Positions 11,101 through 24,334 are shown, numbered from the stretch's first letter. The stretch: 64,000 bases of DNA from Camelus ferus (GCF_009834535.1 NC_045697.1:25794001-25858000); one strand, 5' to 3'. Program-made: numbers and translations. The notes: generated by a model not told the origin, from the letters alone.

Positions 11101-12964
11101 AGAGTTAGGGGTCTCTAACACAATATCCATTTGCATTTTCATTCAAATGTATTCTGAATGCATGAAACCAACAAATGACGTGACTGTGACGTCATTACAG
11201 AAATTAACTTGATGAAATCCACGTGTACTTTATTTCAATCCATTTTTGCCTAAACCTGGGACACTACGGGTGACACTCATAAGTAGTACTCACACTGCTC
11301 TCCCCTGTAGGGAGCTCTTTCACATCCATGGTATCAGCTGATTCTCACCCTAACCTTGAGGAGGAATGTGTAGACATTACTATTCTCCCTACTTGATAGG
11401 AAAGGAGGATGAGACTAGAGGCTTAGAGAAATTCACACTCAGTCTCCTGTGGTTCTTTGTTAGAGCGTGGCATTTTTTGCTGTTCTGACATTGCCAAAGA
11501 AAATCAGTGGGGAATTATGATGAAAAGAACGTGGGCAAGACAAGTGTGATCTCACTCCTTTCGTGGGAAAGCGAAGAGTAACCTAACAATAAAAGGATAT
11601 TTTATTGGTAAAAGCATTGAAAGGGCAACAGAAAATAAGTGTGTGAGAAGCCAGAGAAAAGAACCTATGGTGAAGAGAACCTCAGAGAGCCCCGGGCAGC
11701 ATAGAAACTCAGGCTAGCAGACGTGAACATTTTCATCTGTGCATATTTGAGGTAGCTCTAGCTAATCGTTACAGAACACATATTCCCCATCTAGATGATG
11801 AAAAAAAAAAGTGACCTCTTTCCTCTGAAGTACTTGCCTATACCCTAAACACTTCTCTTCTCTTACTGAAGTACCGCATCCGTTTACTGACTTTGCAGAC
11901 ACAGTTTAAAATATTTTTACTTTTTTCAAGATGCTTCTTTGGTGGCATGTGTGTGTATGAGTACGTGTGTGACCTGTCTTTTTCTTAAGTGCATCCTTAG
12001 CTTATTAAAAGTTGTGTGTGTTTGTGTGTATTTGGTTTTCCCATTGCTTTTAGAAAGTGGAAACTATGAGGAAATATTCAAAGAAAAAAATGGTGCCTGA
12101 AAACATCTTAACTGAAAGGGAAAATGGGGGTGAGAAAGATAAAAACGGTCGATGATGAAACGTACAAAAGTACAAAAGGCTTGGCAAGGATCTGTTTAAG
12201 TTTGAATTGAAAAATACATTTGGGTTATTGATTCTTTATGATCCAGTAGCAGAACTTTTTAAATCAAAGGCAATTTAGAGATGAGGAATGACAAATACTA
12301 GATCTTGTTCATTATGAAATGAATAATGACAAAGCTTTATTGGAAAAGTTGGTGATTACAAATTACTTCGAAATCAACACCAGAGGTAAGTTAAGATCCA
12401 AAACAATTATGTATTATGGAATTCAATGTCCTTGTTGGTATATTTTATTTAACATTGACTCTCTACCATGAGGAACTCTGTTCTATACATCAGATTCTGT
12501 GGTTAACTCCTGTCCTCATTTTCTTCGTTTTTTGCTCGCTTTGAGAGTTAAATGAGATGATGTAGGAAAGCAATTTTATAAGCTGAAGCGTTCTACAAAT
12601 GACAGCTTTCCATCTGTGAGTAGTGATATTTTTCTTTTTTTTCTTGGCCCTGACAACACTCTTTTTTCATTTTTCATTTTTACTGGTAAAATTGATACAA
12701 TTTGACAGCACATATACAATAATATTGCATGTAAATGCATATATACAATATACTACGCATTTTCTTAATTTACATATATGTACTGTTCATTGTTTCTAAG
12801 AGAATAGTTTAGAGCTTTAGCTTTTTAAACTTACATAGTTACCAAAGGAATAAAGCCAACCACAAAATAAAAATCAACAGAATGCAATAATCCAATCATA
12901 AAGGACAGTCAAATGTGTGTACACATATTCAAGAAATCAATCATCTAAGTTATAAATAATAAGT

Positions 12965-13423
12965 ATTTTATTTGTGTCCCTTTTTTAGATTCCACATATA
13001 AGCGGTATCATATGGCATTTTTCTTTCTCTTTCTGGCTTCACTTAAAATGACGATCTCCAGGTCCATCCCTGTTGCTGCAAATGGCATTATTTTGTTCTT
13101 TTTTATGGCTGAGTATTATACATAATACATCTTCTCTATCCAGTCATCTGTTGAGGGACATTTGGGTTGTTTCCATGTCTTGGCTTCTGTAAATAGTGCT
13201 GCTATGAACATTGGAGTGTACGTGTCTTTTTGAATTATATTTTTTTCTCTGGGTATATGCCCAGGAGTGGGATTGCTGGATCACATGCTAAGTCTGTTTT
13301 TAGTTTTTTAAGGAACCTCCATACTGTCCTCCATAGTGGCTGCACCAATTCACTTTCCCACCAAAAGTGTGGGAGGGTTCCTCCTTCTCCACAGCCTGTA
13401 CAGTTTTTATCATTTGTGGACTT
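12965..13423 (-). mobile_element. Young artiodactyl-type L1 fragment: ORF2 C-terminal cysteine-rich region and start of 3' UTR
   Basis: ORF 13235-13501(-) contains [49 protein letters not shown], the canonical L1 ORF2 C-terminal motif. Confidence 0.92.
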
Positions 13424-13599
13424 AGTAAATTTGATCAAGAGAGAAAAGGACAAGGAGAGATATATGGGGTGAAGGAGAATCAGGTCACATCTAAAGTGCA
13501 TATTTTTGCCATATTTAAGGACTATATATATTTTTTTAAAATCAGAACATTGGTAAATAACAAATGGAGAGCAACCACAATAAAGACAGAATCGAGAAC

Positions 13600-13960
13600 C
13601 AACATGTAAAAGAAATGGTCAAACAACAAGAGTCAGTTCACCTGGAGGAGAGAAAAGTCTGATGTGGAAAATGACCACTGATACCTGAATAGCTTCAGAG
13701 GTGGAACTAGTTCCGTTGGGAGAAAGACAGCGGGTGAAAGACTTAGTCTCAGCCCAAAGAGAACTTTTTAAGAGATCCACCCTAAAACGCAGTTGCTACC
13801 TCACACCTAGGAACTCCCTGCCACTGAGGGTTAAGCCTGAGAATGGGCAGCTGACTACTCAGAGAAGCTGTAGGAAGTCTTCCTACATTAGAAAGGTTGG
13901 AAAGCTGGACTCCACAAGATGACGTGCTAGTCATCCAATTCAGATTTGACTCTGAATCAA
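13600..13960 (+). mobile_element. L3/CR1 LINE 3' end, highly diverged
   Basis: cctggaggagagaaaag...agagaacttttta...actccctgccactgaggg...ctggac...gatgac resembles a CR1 3' terminus. Confidence 0.45.
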
Positions 13961-14000
13961 AATCTTCTGTGCTGTGAGGAGGATGGAGAACAGGATATAC

Positions 14001-14421
14001 TGTCAGAAACTGTGGAAGAGCCGGGATTTACTGTTTCATGGATACTGGCAGAAAAAAAAAAATGAAACTCCTGAATCAGAGAAAAAAGACTTTACTACCC
14101 ACGGCAAAGCAGTAGCCAGAGCTTCACGTTTGTCTGCCTCGGCTCCCCCGTGTCCCCGCTTCCCATGGGGCAAGGCCGAGGAGCCATGATGGAAGCTGGC
14201 GTCACAGAGGAGGAGCACTGGGCTTGGGGGAATCACCACTTTTACGGTAGGTGAAAACAAGCCTGCTCTTTCCCAGAGGGAGATGCACTGCATCCCCCGG
14301 GGTGGCTCCTGTAAACACAACCCTGAGCGATGGCCCAGGGAGCCATGGTTTTGCATTCTCGGAATACCCAGAGAGAATGTGCAGGGACACTCAGGCCCGT
14401 GGTAAACTGCCTGTCTCAACA
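14001..14421 (-). mobile_element. ERVL solo LTR (LTR41/LTR79-like)
   Basis: The minus strand starts TGTTGAGACAGGCAGTTTACCACGGGCCTGAGTGTCCCTGCACATTC, contains CTCAGGGTTGTGTTTACAG and ends ..TGACA. Confidence 0.65.
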
Positions 14422-14757
14422 GGGCTGCAAAGCCATTGAAAATCTGGATTTCTTGGGCATGCCAGGGTCTCTGATTACCAAAGAAAGCAGATAAAGAAGA
14501 AGATATTTCAGTGACATAATTCCTATTTAAAATAATCCCTGAATAGTGAGATATAGATGAAATAAAAACAGTTTGCTTCTAAACCTATTGAATCCGGATG
14601 GAAGTTACATATGTCATCAACCTTCTTGTTTGTCTGCCAAAAGAACTAATCTATTTGGTAGAGGCTTATTTATAAGGTTTCTAATGGCAAGAAGCACCCA
14701 TTTTTCAAGTTCAGAATTGCCCAAATCAGCTCTTTCCTATGCAGGAATTTTCATTAG

Positions 14758-14760
<3 letters not shown>

Positions 14761-14789
<29 letters not shown>
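14761..14789 (+). repeat. Poly-G homopolymer (29 nt)
   Basis: Seen directly. Confidence 0.95.
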
Positions 14790-14854
14790 AGGAAAAACAG
14801 ACTCTGCTTTCAAGATAAAAATGTGAGGCCGAATCATATCCGTGGATAAATCAA

Positions 14855-14872
14855 CAGTGCCACCTAGTGGAA
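14855..14872 (-). promoter_or_regulatory. CTCF core motif
   Basis: Minus strand TTCCACTAGGTGGCACTG closely fits CCASYAGRKGGCRSY and lies outside recognisable repeats. Confidence 0.6.
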
Positions 14873-16534
14873 GCATTTATTTACCTGACATAAAATTGTA
14901 TTTTCAACTCTATCCACTTTTCCCTTGTGTTTTTTCCAGCAAAGATGAGCTCTTTAAAAAGATAGTTTGATCAATATACTTTAAAGAATTAAACCATACT
15001 TTTTAACTTCTTGTAAATTTACTTTAATTCATAAATCGTGTGTAGTGGACAATGGGAATGGTTTCAAACATAGATCAATTTTAAGAGCTGCTGGTTATAA
15101 GGACAAAATTAAGAAGTGCACAGTTTCTGGAAAATTTTGTGAAGGAAGCATAAGTTAGTAAGAATAGAATTTAGACTCAAAATTATTTAAGTAAAATTTT
15201 AAAATCTGGATCTAGAAACTGAAACTGAAACCTTGAAACTGACAAATCATAGTGCCACTCTAAATTACTGTAATTATGAGTCACAAATAAATTTTCAGGG
15301 TCTTTCTGACTTTTTTAAGTTATACCAATTGACGTGCTTAAGAATAGAAGCTGCAAATAAGAAAAAGCATTGGAAAAATAACACTTGCACAAACTTTTAC
15401 AAACAGAAAGTTTTGTGCATAATTTCAAACTTTTCCAATTAAAAAAGAAAGGGAAATATGTTACATTCTAGTCAACAGGCATCTTGTGGAAAACTATTGC
15501 AGAGATCACAGGACTAAAGACCACTTTTAGAATCAGGTTTTTCAGTAGCTTCAAAATCTTGTTGGCATCTTGATCCAATTCCGTAAAAGAAATAGGAAGA
15601 GAGAAACAGAAGAATCAGAAAATTTTGAATGAATGTGAGACTCTTTCCAGTGATTCTCAAATTCCATTATTTTTCCTTCAAGTGAGGAAGTATAACAGGA
15701 TGATTAGAATCATAAACTTGGAAGTCATATCTGTCAGATGGAATCATATGGAGTGATGTTTGTTTTTGTCATAAATCAAAAGAGGTCACATAGCCACAGT
15801 TTCACATGACTCAACCCCATACATTAACATCCTAACCCCATGAGTACCTATATGACTTCACTGGGCAGACTTCTTCCCCTTAGTAAGCCTCCATCTCCTC
15901 CTCTTTTCCATGAGGATAATAATACAGATCACAACCGATGGCAGTGAGAAGTCAATGGAGGAATTATCACATAGTGCTTGGCCACTACCCAACTGACGGT
16001 GAGCATGCAAGGAATGACTTCCGTAATTATAAACCATTTTACAAAATATGTTTCGGGTAATATGGGAGAGGAGAGCTTATAGCTTCACTGTCAACTATTA
16101 AAGTATCAGAATGACAAAACCACTCACTCTGCTAACCTCATTATCAGCCACTTTCTGTTTCTTAGTTTCTTTCTAGCACTTCTTCATAGACACACCTTCA
16201 TCATTTAAATAACAGCCCTTTTAAAATGTATTTTTGCAGCTAATTAGATGAGACACAATCCATTTCTTTCCTAAGAGCCCCCAGAGGATGAGCTGCCATT
16301 TGGTAGCTGTTTCTGTTTATCTAAGTCTTCCTCAACTCAGATCTGGAAAGGATTACAGGTGATGTGCCTTTAATATTTCTATAGCACGATGTGCTTTTCC
16401 CCTGTTGTCATACCTGTTTCTGTGCCCCAGATAAAGTAACATGAATGTAATCGTTATTGAGTCCTCGTGTGCTTACACACCTCCCTCTGCTATAATTCAT
16501 CAAGCTCACAGGATCTCTCTAAAGACAACAGTGC

Positions 16535-16770
16535 TGTTTAGTGATTAAAGGTGCAGTTTCTAAAGCCAGAGTGCCTAGAGTAGGAACTCAGCTTGGACAA
16601 GTCTTTAGCTATGTGATCAAAGGCAAGTTGCTTCCCACCTCTGTTTTTTAATCTGTGAGACTGGAATAACAATAGTACCTGTCTAACTGGGTTGTGGTCG
16701 AGGGAAAAAATGACATAATGCACCTGCTTGAACCAGAGTGGGAATTCAAGGAATGTTAGCTATTCATAAT
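16535..16770 (+). mobile_element. MIR SINE
   Basis: agctatgtgatcaaaggcaagtt...atctgtgagactggaataacaatagtacct...gggttgtgg...aatgttagctatt. Confidence 0.7.
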
Positions 16771-17899
16771 GAAGAGAGGCTGTTCTGAATTTCAGGCATT
16801 GAGATGTCCAGAGAGAAAGTAATTCAGATCATTCTTTCATTCACTTAAAAAATAATGAGTGTGCTCTATTAAACACGGGACTCTGCTGACATGAAAAGGT
16901 AAAAGTTGACAGGATTTCTCTCCTTGTGGAATTTGCTGTGAGGTGGTGTCTTGTCAGCAGGACTGAAAATTAGGGTTGTCTCTGATCCTCACTTACGAGT
17001 TCCAGGAAGAAAGTGGTGCCAGGCTGTCCAGTGCGTAGATGAGAGAACTCTCCCGCCAGGACAGTGCCAGGATCAGCAGCTACCACACTTCCAGTGTTCA
17101 CCCTGGGCCAGCCCATTCATGTTCCAATTTCAGTTTTTGAGAAGAATTCCCAAGGTCAGTGCATTTTTTTCAGTCAGGAACTTAAAGTTCAGAAAGATTG
17201 AACGACGTGACCAAGATCTCCCAAGTCTCAGGTTTCACATTTGAACTCACGTCTGTCTAGCTCCCAAGAACACGTGCCTGACATTTTCTTTGGCGTGGAA
17301 GGAATGCCGACGGCTTGGGGTTAAATATAAAGAAATCTTGTAGGTGCTGGAATCTCATCATCACTGGAGTAGAGAGCCAAGACGCCCCTGACTGTCAAAG
17401 TGAGAAGAACAAAGGTACATTAGAAACAAAGAAGTCTACGGAATTGGTAAGCACCAGAAAAGCTCCCACGAAAACTAACAGGTCTTGTGAAGCCCAAGGG
17501 CCTGGGTGCAGGGAATTCGGTCAAGCTTGGTCATCACTTCCCAGGTCCTACCTCCCTTCTCAAGGCTTTTGTGAACCTTCATGCCTTTTGTTTTGCCTCC
17601 AGTGCTCTCGCTGGTCTCCTACATAAGGTGCAGGTGGATGGGGTCCAAATACAGTTTGCAGGAGGGCTTGAAGGAACAGCGGGAGGCCACTTACTAAGAG
17701 CAGGGACTTCGCAGACGTGCCAGGTCTGGAGCTCTGTTCTGCCACAGAATATCCTCAGGAGGTAACTCGGCTTGCTCACTTCTAAAAAAGATGCGATCAT
17801 ACTTGCCCTACTGAACCCTGGGAAAATCAGGGGCGGTAGCATGTGTGAGATGGCCAGACAAAAGGCTCATGTAGAACAGATGCTCCATACATGTTAGCT

Positions 17900-18125
17900 C
17901 AGGGTATCTCAGGCTGCAAGCCATGAAATCAATGTCGTTGTTTGCTATCAGGTCACCGGAATGGAATGAAATAGATCAGAGTACATGTACTTAATAAAGA
18001 CAAATTTTGTTCATGTATCTGCTTTCGGATATACATATATATATATAGGTATATGTGTTCTTGGATCACAATATAAAATGCCTTTGTTACCATGAGTCAC
18101 ACTTTAAACTTTCGAGAGCCCCTGC
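17900..18125. mobile_element. hAT-Charlie derived MITE fragment
   Basis: catgaaatcaat...aatgaaatagatcagagt...tataaaatg...ccatgagtcaca...tttcgagagcc. Confidence 0.4.
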
Positions 18126-20926
18126 GTTAGCTCCCTTCTTAATGCATTTCTAGCTAATAGAACCCATGGTAGGAGATTGAATCTGGGCTTAGTCATTCTA
18201 TTTGAGAATTTTACGGGATGGTTCTTATTGTTTTCCACTCTTGTTTCATATGTTACTTTTGTTTCTCCCAAAATGCTTTGCAATTGCCTTTATTATATAG
18301 CATTTATCTCCCATAATTATCAGTATTTGTTTACATACCTATTGTCCCTCTAATTTTTTAAAGGCAAGGAGAGCATCTTATGGTTTCTTTCGCCTCTTTC
18401 AAGGTTAACAAAGGGACCAATGTATCTTTGTGTGTTACAAAAGAAAACATGAGTTGAAGGTCCACAGTGATGTGATACTGTTTAGATGATGTTAGTAGAG
18501 ATTTCAAATGTTCCTCCATATTTAAAATTACAAAAAATTGGGAGGAAAAATTGAGCCTGGACTTAAGAAATATGGATTCCTGACGTGACTTTGCCATCCT
18601 AAGAATATAACCTTGTGAAACTCATTTATCCTCTCTTGGCCTAAGTTGCCACCTCTTTAATGAGGCAGGTAGACTGCATGATTTTTCAAGTCTCTCTCAG
18701 ATTTAATGTTTTTTATTTTGTTGATAATCCCATATAGCAGAAGATAAGATTAAATATAAGTGACAGTAAGAAAGAGATTTAGGATTGAGACCCCCTGATT
18801 ATAAGTCAATGTTTTAACTCCCCCAAGATATATTATGGTATAATGTTGATTATAAATTTTGGGAAAGAACTAAAAGCATTTCCAACAGCTCTGCTTTGGT
18901 AAATCAGGGAGCAACTCTAAATGCCAGTTTTAATAAACTAGAAAACCAGGGAGAAGAAATGAAAACTGAATCTTGCTTACTTTCTAGCTTTTGGTTGCAT
19001 TCAATGGCTGTGGTGAATCCTCCGTGCAATTATAAGTGGTTTCAATTTATAGAGTAATGCACCAGAATCACTGTTTTAACAGTTTTTTTTTCCAAGTTGG
19101 TAGGCTGCACATAAAGAAATCATTTTTCAGAAAAATAAATAATATATTTTTTATTTTCAGAATGTCCAGAAGATGGTAGATGCTTAGTATGTGTTTGGTG
19201 ACTCTAACTATCAGCTTATAGCCATTGGGCATTTTTTGTATGTTTTTCTGTTTTATCCTCAAACAACTCCATAGGCTATGAGGCACTGTGATTCCTACTG
19301 TAAAGATGAGGAATTGAGGTTCATAGACAAATAACTGGAGACTGTATCTTCTATAGAACTGGAAATGTTATGACCTATATATGGGACAAATGAAAACATT
19401 CTGATGATGAATAAATGTCAGACAAATTGAGTATGAGCTCCAAAATCAGAAATGAATTAGGTTTTAGGACAAATCCTAAGATTACAAACGTCTGTTGAAA
19501 TTTTACAAATAGCTCAGTTCAGTGTTTTGTTTTTCTTGTTTTGTTTCAGATTCATTTGTTTACATAGGTACAGGGTCTCTGTAATATTAATGAGGAAAGT
19601 GTTATCTATCTTTTAAACATAGAGGATCCTTCTTAAGTGGTTAGCTTATAAATGAGAAATAAAATAGCAATCAGGGATTAGGGAAAACCCCTGGGTTTCA
19701 TATATCCTCTGTCTAAGAGTGTGAATAGCAACATTCACTTTTTTAGAACATTCATTAAAATCCTTATCCTTTCCAGTTTTCTTAAATAAAAGCTGCTTCA
19801 GAAAGAAAAATAATACCAGCTACTATCGGTCTCATGAGTGATCCCACAGACCAAGCGAGCACCTGGCCTGTGTGTCTAGGGCCGAGGTATTTATGGGTTT
19901 GCTGCCAAGAGAAAGTAACTCTAAAGCCTGGCCGCAGGTGGTACTGTCATTTGGAAGACAACGCATCTCATTTCATTCCAAAGTATTTCTGACACTGCCT
20001 TGGCCATTTGAAATTACATAATTGAAAAACATACTATTGACCATGATATCGAGGTTTGTTTTTTTTTTAAGAGTGAATTGTCTTCATATTGCTGTGACCA
20101 CCTCAAGAAATAAAGAGTGACTTCAGCCCATCAATTGATGACTGCCACCATCAATGGATTTTACATTTCATCTTCCAGTTTAGCACCTCCACAAACCATT
20201 ACATTGCAGAACATCAATAGTATATTGATTTCAAATTGAGATGTCATATGAAATACTGGCCCTCACAACCTGATGAGGGTTGCAATTATTTCTATGCTAT
20301 TTGAGCGATTGACAGCAAGAATCCATGAAGAACTAATAGTCTACAAAATGTCTTGCTCTAAATCACAAGGTTAAAAAAAAATCTATTTCAGACTTGAAAT
20401 ACTTTAATATAAAGTAAGTCTATTTGCTATGATCAATGTGGTCATGGAATTATTCATGTCAAAAGGAATATTTAGTCTTGATTTATAAATGTTTAGGGAA
20501 ATGGGAATTATATCATAAATCGGGAATCATTTCCCATGCTTTAAAAAAAATTACCCAGACTTTTGAATATTTAGATGCTGGGTCTGGCAATAATATAGGC
20601 TTTTCATTTACCAAAATGAAAGGATTTTGGGCGGCAAAGGATTAATAGCCCAGGGACCAGGCAGGATGGTCTTAGAAATAGAGGGAAAAATAGAGGAAAT
20701 AGAAAGATATATTTCAACAGTATGAACTAGCTCAGTTCAATTTCACAGACATACTATGTATCAGCAACTGTGCTAGATACTGGAGATTCATAACCACAAT
20801 AAAAGAGGCAAAACAGAAAAACTAGGACAGCAAAAGTGAACATCACAATCAGCGATGTGAGGTGTCACTGCATCTTGGAGACAAGACACAGCAGAGTTGG
20901 CCAAGTTGTATTTTCTAAAATATAAT

Positions 20927-21398
20927 TGTTGGGGTTGAATTGTGTTCCCCACAAAATTCACATGTTTAAGTCCTATACCCCATTATCTCAGAATGAGACC
21001 TTATTTGGAGATAGGGTCATTGCACAGATGTCATTAGTTCAATTAGGATGAGGTCCTACTGGAGCAGGGTGGGCCACTAATCTCAGATGACTGGAGAACT
21101 TACAAGAAGGGCAAATTTGGACATAAACAGGTGCACAGGGAGAATGCCGTGTGAGGATGAAGACACAGATCAGGGGATCAGCAGAAGCCAAGGAAAGCCC
21201 AGGAGCATCAGCAAACAACCGTGTGCCAGACAAGAGGCATGTGACAGACTCCCCTCCACAGCCCTTGGGAGGAACCAACTCTGTGGACTCCTTAATGTTG
21301 AACTTCTAGCCTCCAGAACTGTAAGAAAAGTAAATTTCTGGTTTTGAAACCATGCCACTTGTGGCATTTTGTAATAGCCAACCTAAGAAAATCATGCA
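20927..21398 (+). mobile_element. MaLR solo LTR (MLT1B/C-like) with degenerate 5-bp TSD ataat/atcat
   Basis: TGTTGGGGTTGAATTGTGTTCCCC start; gaccttatttggagatagggtc; cttctagcctccagaactgtaag; ..atgCA end. Confidence 0.88.
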
Positions 21399-21682
21399 AT
21401 CATCAAAATATGTACTAAATTATTTTAAGTATTATATATATTTTCCATGAATCTTTATGTCAGGCTGCTTTTGCTAATTTCAGAGAATTCAAGTAGGAGG
21501 AAGATGGGGGAACTGTGGTAAGGACAGACGGCAATACCAAGAAATGGAAACACAGAGCAAAGTCCTATGTCAGTGATTCTGGTTCAAAGACACTCAGGCT
21601 CATTTTTTAATCATTCACGCTGTTTCCACTTTCTCTTTTCGTGTGTCCTCCCTGCCCTTTCCAGCTGGGTCACACTTCTTAC

Positions 21683-21718
21683 CTCAGTAGCACTTGAGTT
21701 TTCTGACATAGGATCAAC
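21683..21718 (-). other. Candidate 36-nt frame-preserving small exon (VDPMSENSSATE in frame 0)
   Basis: Minus strand ctcttgctttatcttctgtag|GTTGATCCTATGTCAGAAAACTCAAGTGCTACTGAG|gtaaga. Confidence 0.3.
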
Positions 21719-24334
21719 CTACAGAAGATAAAGCAAGAGTACACTATGTATAATTTTTTTCTAATTGAACAGTCCAAGATGAAAGCTATGGCTTCATAAG
21801 AAACAGAAATGAGCATTTGATGCAACATTTTGAAATGTGCTCAAGTTTTGTCAGTATCACCACTGAACTGATGGGCTTACCTCCCCCAAATTGCAAGAAG
21901 GTGCTCAGAGCCTATATAAATATCACTTAATATTCTCAGGCAGTGAACCTTTTAAAACAGATTAGCCTTGCAAAATAGAATAGACAGAAAGAAGAATATT
22001 GCCTCAGAATTGTAGGATTAAATGGAAAATGTCTTTCAGGAGCAATTTGCTCTATTTTCAGTTTGTAAGTTGCTAGATTTGCATTTTTTTCCTACAGTGC
22101 ATGTATATGGCAGAATTTCCAATAACGGAATTCAAGAAATCGGGTGACCACCATGATGATCGTTCAATAGGAAAATCACTCCTCCACTGTCACTCTGCTA
22201 CGATCAGCTTCAACAAGGGACTAACAAGCAGCACACATGCAGTTGATTTTCCAGAGCGTTTCCCTGAATCATATTACAGCAGAGCTTGTGTTCCTGGTCC
22301 CACTTCTTTATGCTGCAGATGAGGAAATTCAAGGACAGATTTTTGGTGTTTTTAAATGCCTTCATCAAGGCCACCCAGGTTGTCGCAACAAAGTAAGAGC
22401 ATCAATTTCATATTTCAAGTCCTGTTCCTGATGATCAGAGCAGCGTATGCTGTCAGTAACAGGTAAACCACCATCCTACCCTGTTCCCTCTAAAGTCATT
22501 GACATAAGATGTTGAAGCCATTAAAAGCAAGGATGAGTGCAGTAAGGCTTTTTCGCATTGCATATTAAAAGGATGCACTTTGCTTCCCAAGTTCCGACAT
22601 TATATAGAAGATTGTATTTTCTGTACAGAACGGCTATAGATTCACTCTTACCCAAGTTACCTGAACCCACTTGTGCCCTAAAATCTATCCTGCAATACTC
22701 AGTTCAAAAATATATAACCCAGCTGTCATAAATATTGCCCGCTTTCCTTAGAGACAGATTTCAAGTTATCACAATTTTCCATTTCCTGTAAAGTCTCTTA
22801 CATTTTTAATTACTCTGTGTCTTATTCTAAAGGCTCTTTGATAGTGTGAGATTGAGGAAGATAAATATTAATATTAACAGTAAAATGTGATGCATCAACC
22901 CCAATAAGGCTTGACAGTCTTGTGGTATTGAAATCTAGTGTCATTAACTGTTTCGGTCTTGTGTATGTTTAATAATTCTTATTTTTGTCCAGTTTATTTT
23001 AAACCACTTATAGTTTTATTTAAACTTGAACCATAGAGATGACTTGTTTTCATTTCACCCATATTTTGTCACAACTCAAAAAAAATGAGGATATTGTTGA
23101 AAGAGTTCTGTTTATCCTATTGTGCATATGGTAAGCATTAGAGAATCCATCTCATTTCAGATGCATGTTTAATTCTAGCGTATTCTCTATCTAGAGATGT
23201 TTCCAAGAAAAACAAAGGATTGCCACACTGCAGAACTATTTACCACAAACTACAGATCATGAGCACTATGTTTTCTGGTACTGTGGTTTCAATTAACGTC
23301 TCATTAAGAAATTAATGAAGGCCGTTTTCCATGCATGGCAGAAAGAAAAATAGTCTATGATGTGCTCAGTAGGAATTAATGACAGTGCTGAAATCTAGCA
23401 AAGGAGGCAGGGAAGGTATGAAGGAGTTAAGCTAAAAAAAGTTGGGAAAACAATTTTCAGGTCATCTAGAATTTGTGGAGAAATAGAGAATGAGCTATGG
23501 ATTGACTTGCCATCTTTTTTTTTTTCCTTTTCAGTATGGATCATATTTATTTAGAAACCAAAAGGCTATATAAAACTTGCTGTCATAATCTACATACATA
23601 ATAAACCCAGTCTTTGAGAAAGAAGAGTAAAAAACAAGAAGAAATTTGAGTTAGATTGAATCAGTGTTTGAATTGAAACAGAGCTAAAGCTAGAGGTGGT
23701 GTTAGAGATAGTCAGCATCGAGCTAATTAGAGTTCCAGGTCAGCTCCGTCCTGCTTCAGTTCTCTTGCAGATGCCGGAGACTGGGAAAAACCACAAGGCA
23801 GAAGCACCCAGTCTCAAGACAGTGTAGGTCAAATCAAAACTGTCTCTACCTCTCTCTTTTCAGGGCACTGCTGTTCACCATTCAGATTTTAAACAGCAGT
23901 CTGTTGATTTCTGACACCCATGTCTGCTGCTGACTGCTTGTCACTGTAGGAAAGGTGTGTCTCCTGATGATCCAGGCCTGGACACTGCATGGACTTCCCT
24001 CCTGGTCTCTCTCTCTCTGAGCATGCTAGTCAGCTGTCTCAGTGTCAAGGCTTTTTGCATCATTTGATCAATGTTTTATCACTGCTGGGAAAAAGGTACA
24101 CAACTGGGTGAGAGGTGCTTTCAATATTCTCTGCTGGAAAAGGGATTCACCAATCAGATGCTGAAATATCCTTTCCATTGAGAATACCTCCTACGAGGCA
24201 CCATTAACAATCCGTTTCCAGCTGCCTCCCCTTCTTGTGTTTACCTTTTTAAATTCCTTTGGGTTTGGGGGAGAAATTTATGTACCACAATAGAAAACAA
24301 TAAAAATAAAACCAAGTGTTAGATTGTGTTCCCA

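Noticed and set aside
23770..23960. Plus-strand acceptor-like sites (ttctcttgcag|ATG, ctctcttttcag|G)
   Set aside because: Donors are weak or absent, stops come early and no homology is recognisable.
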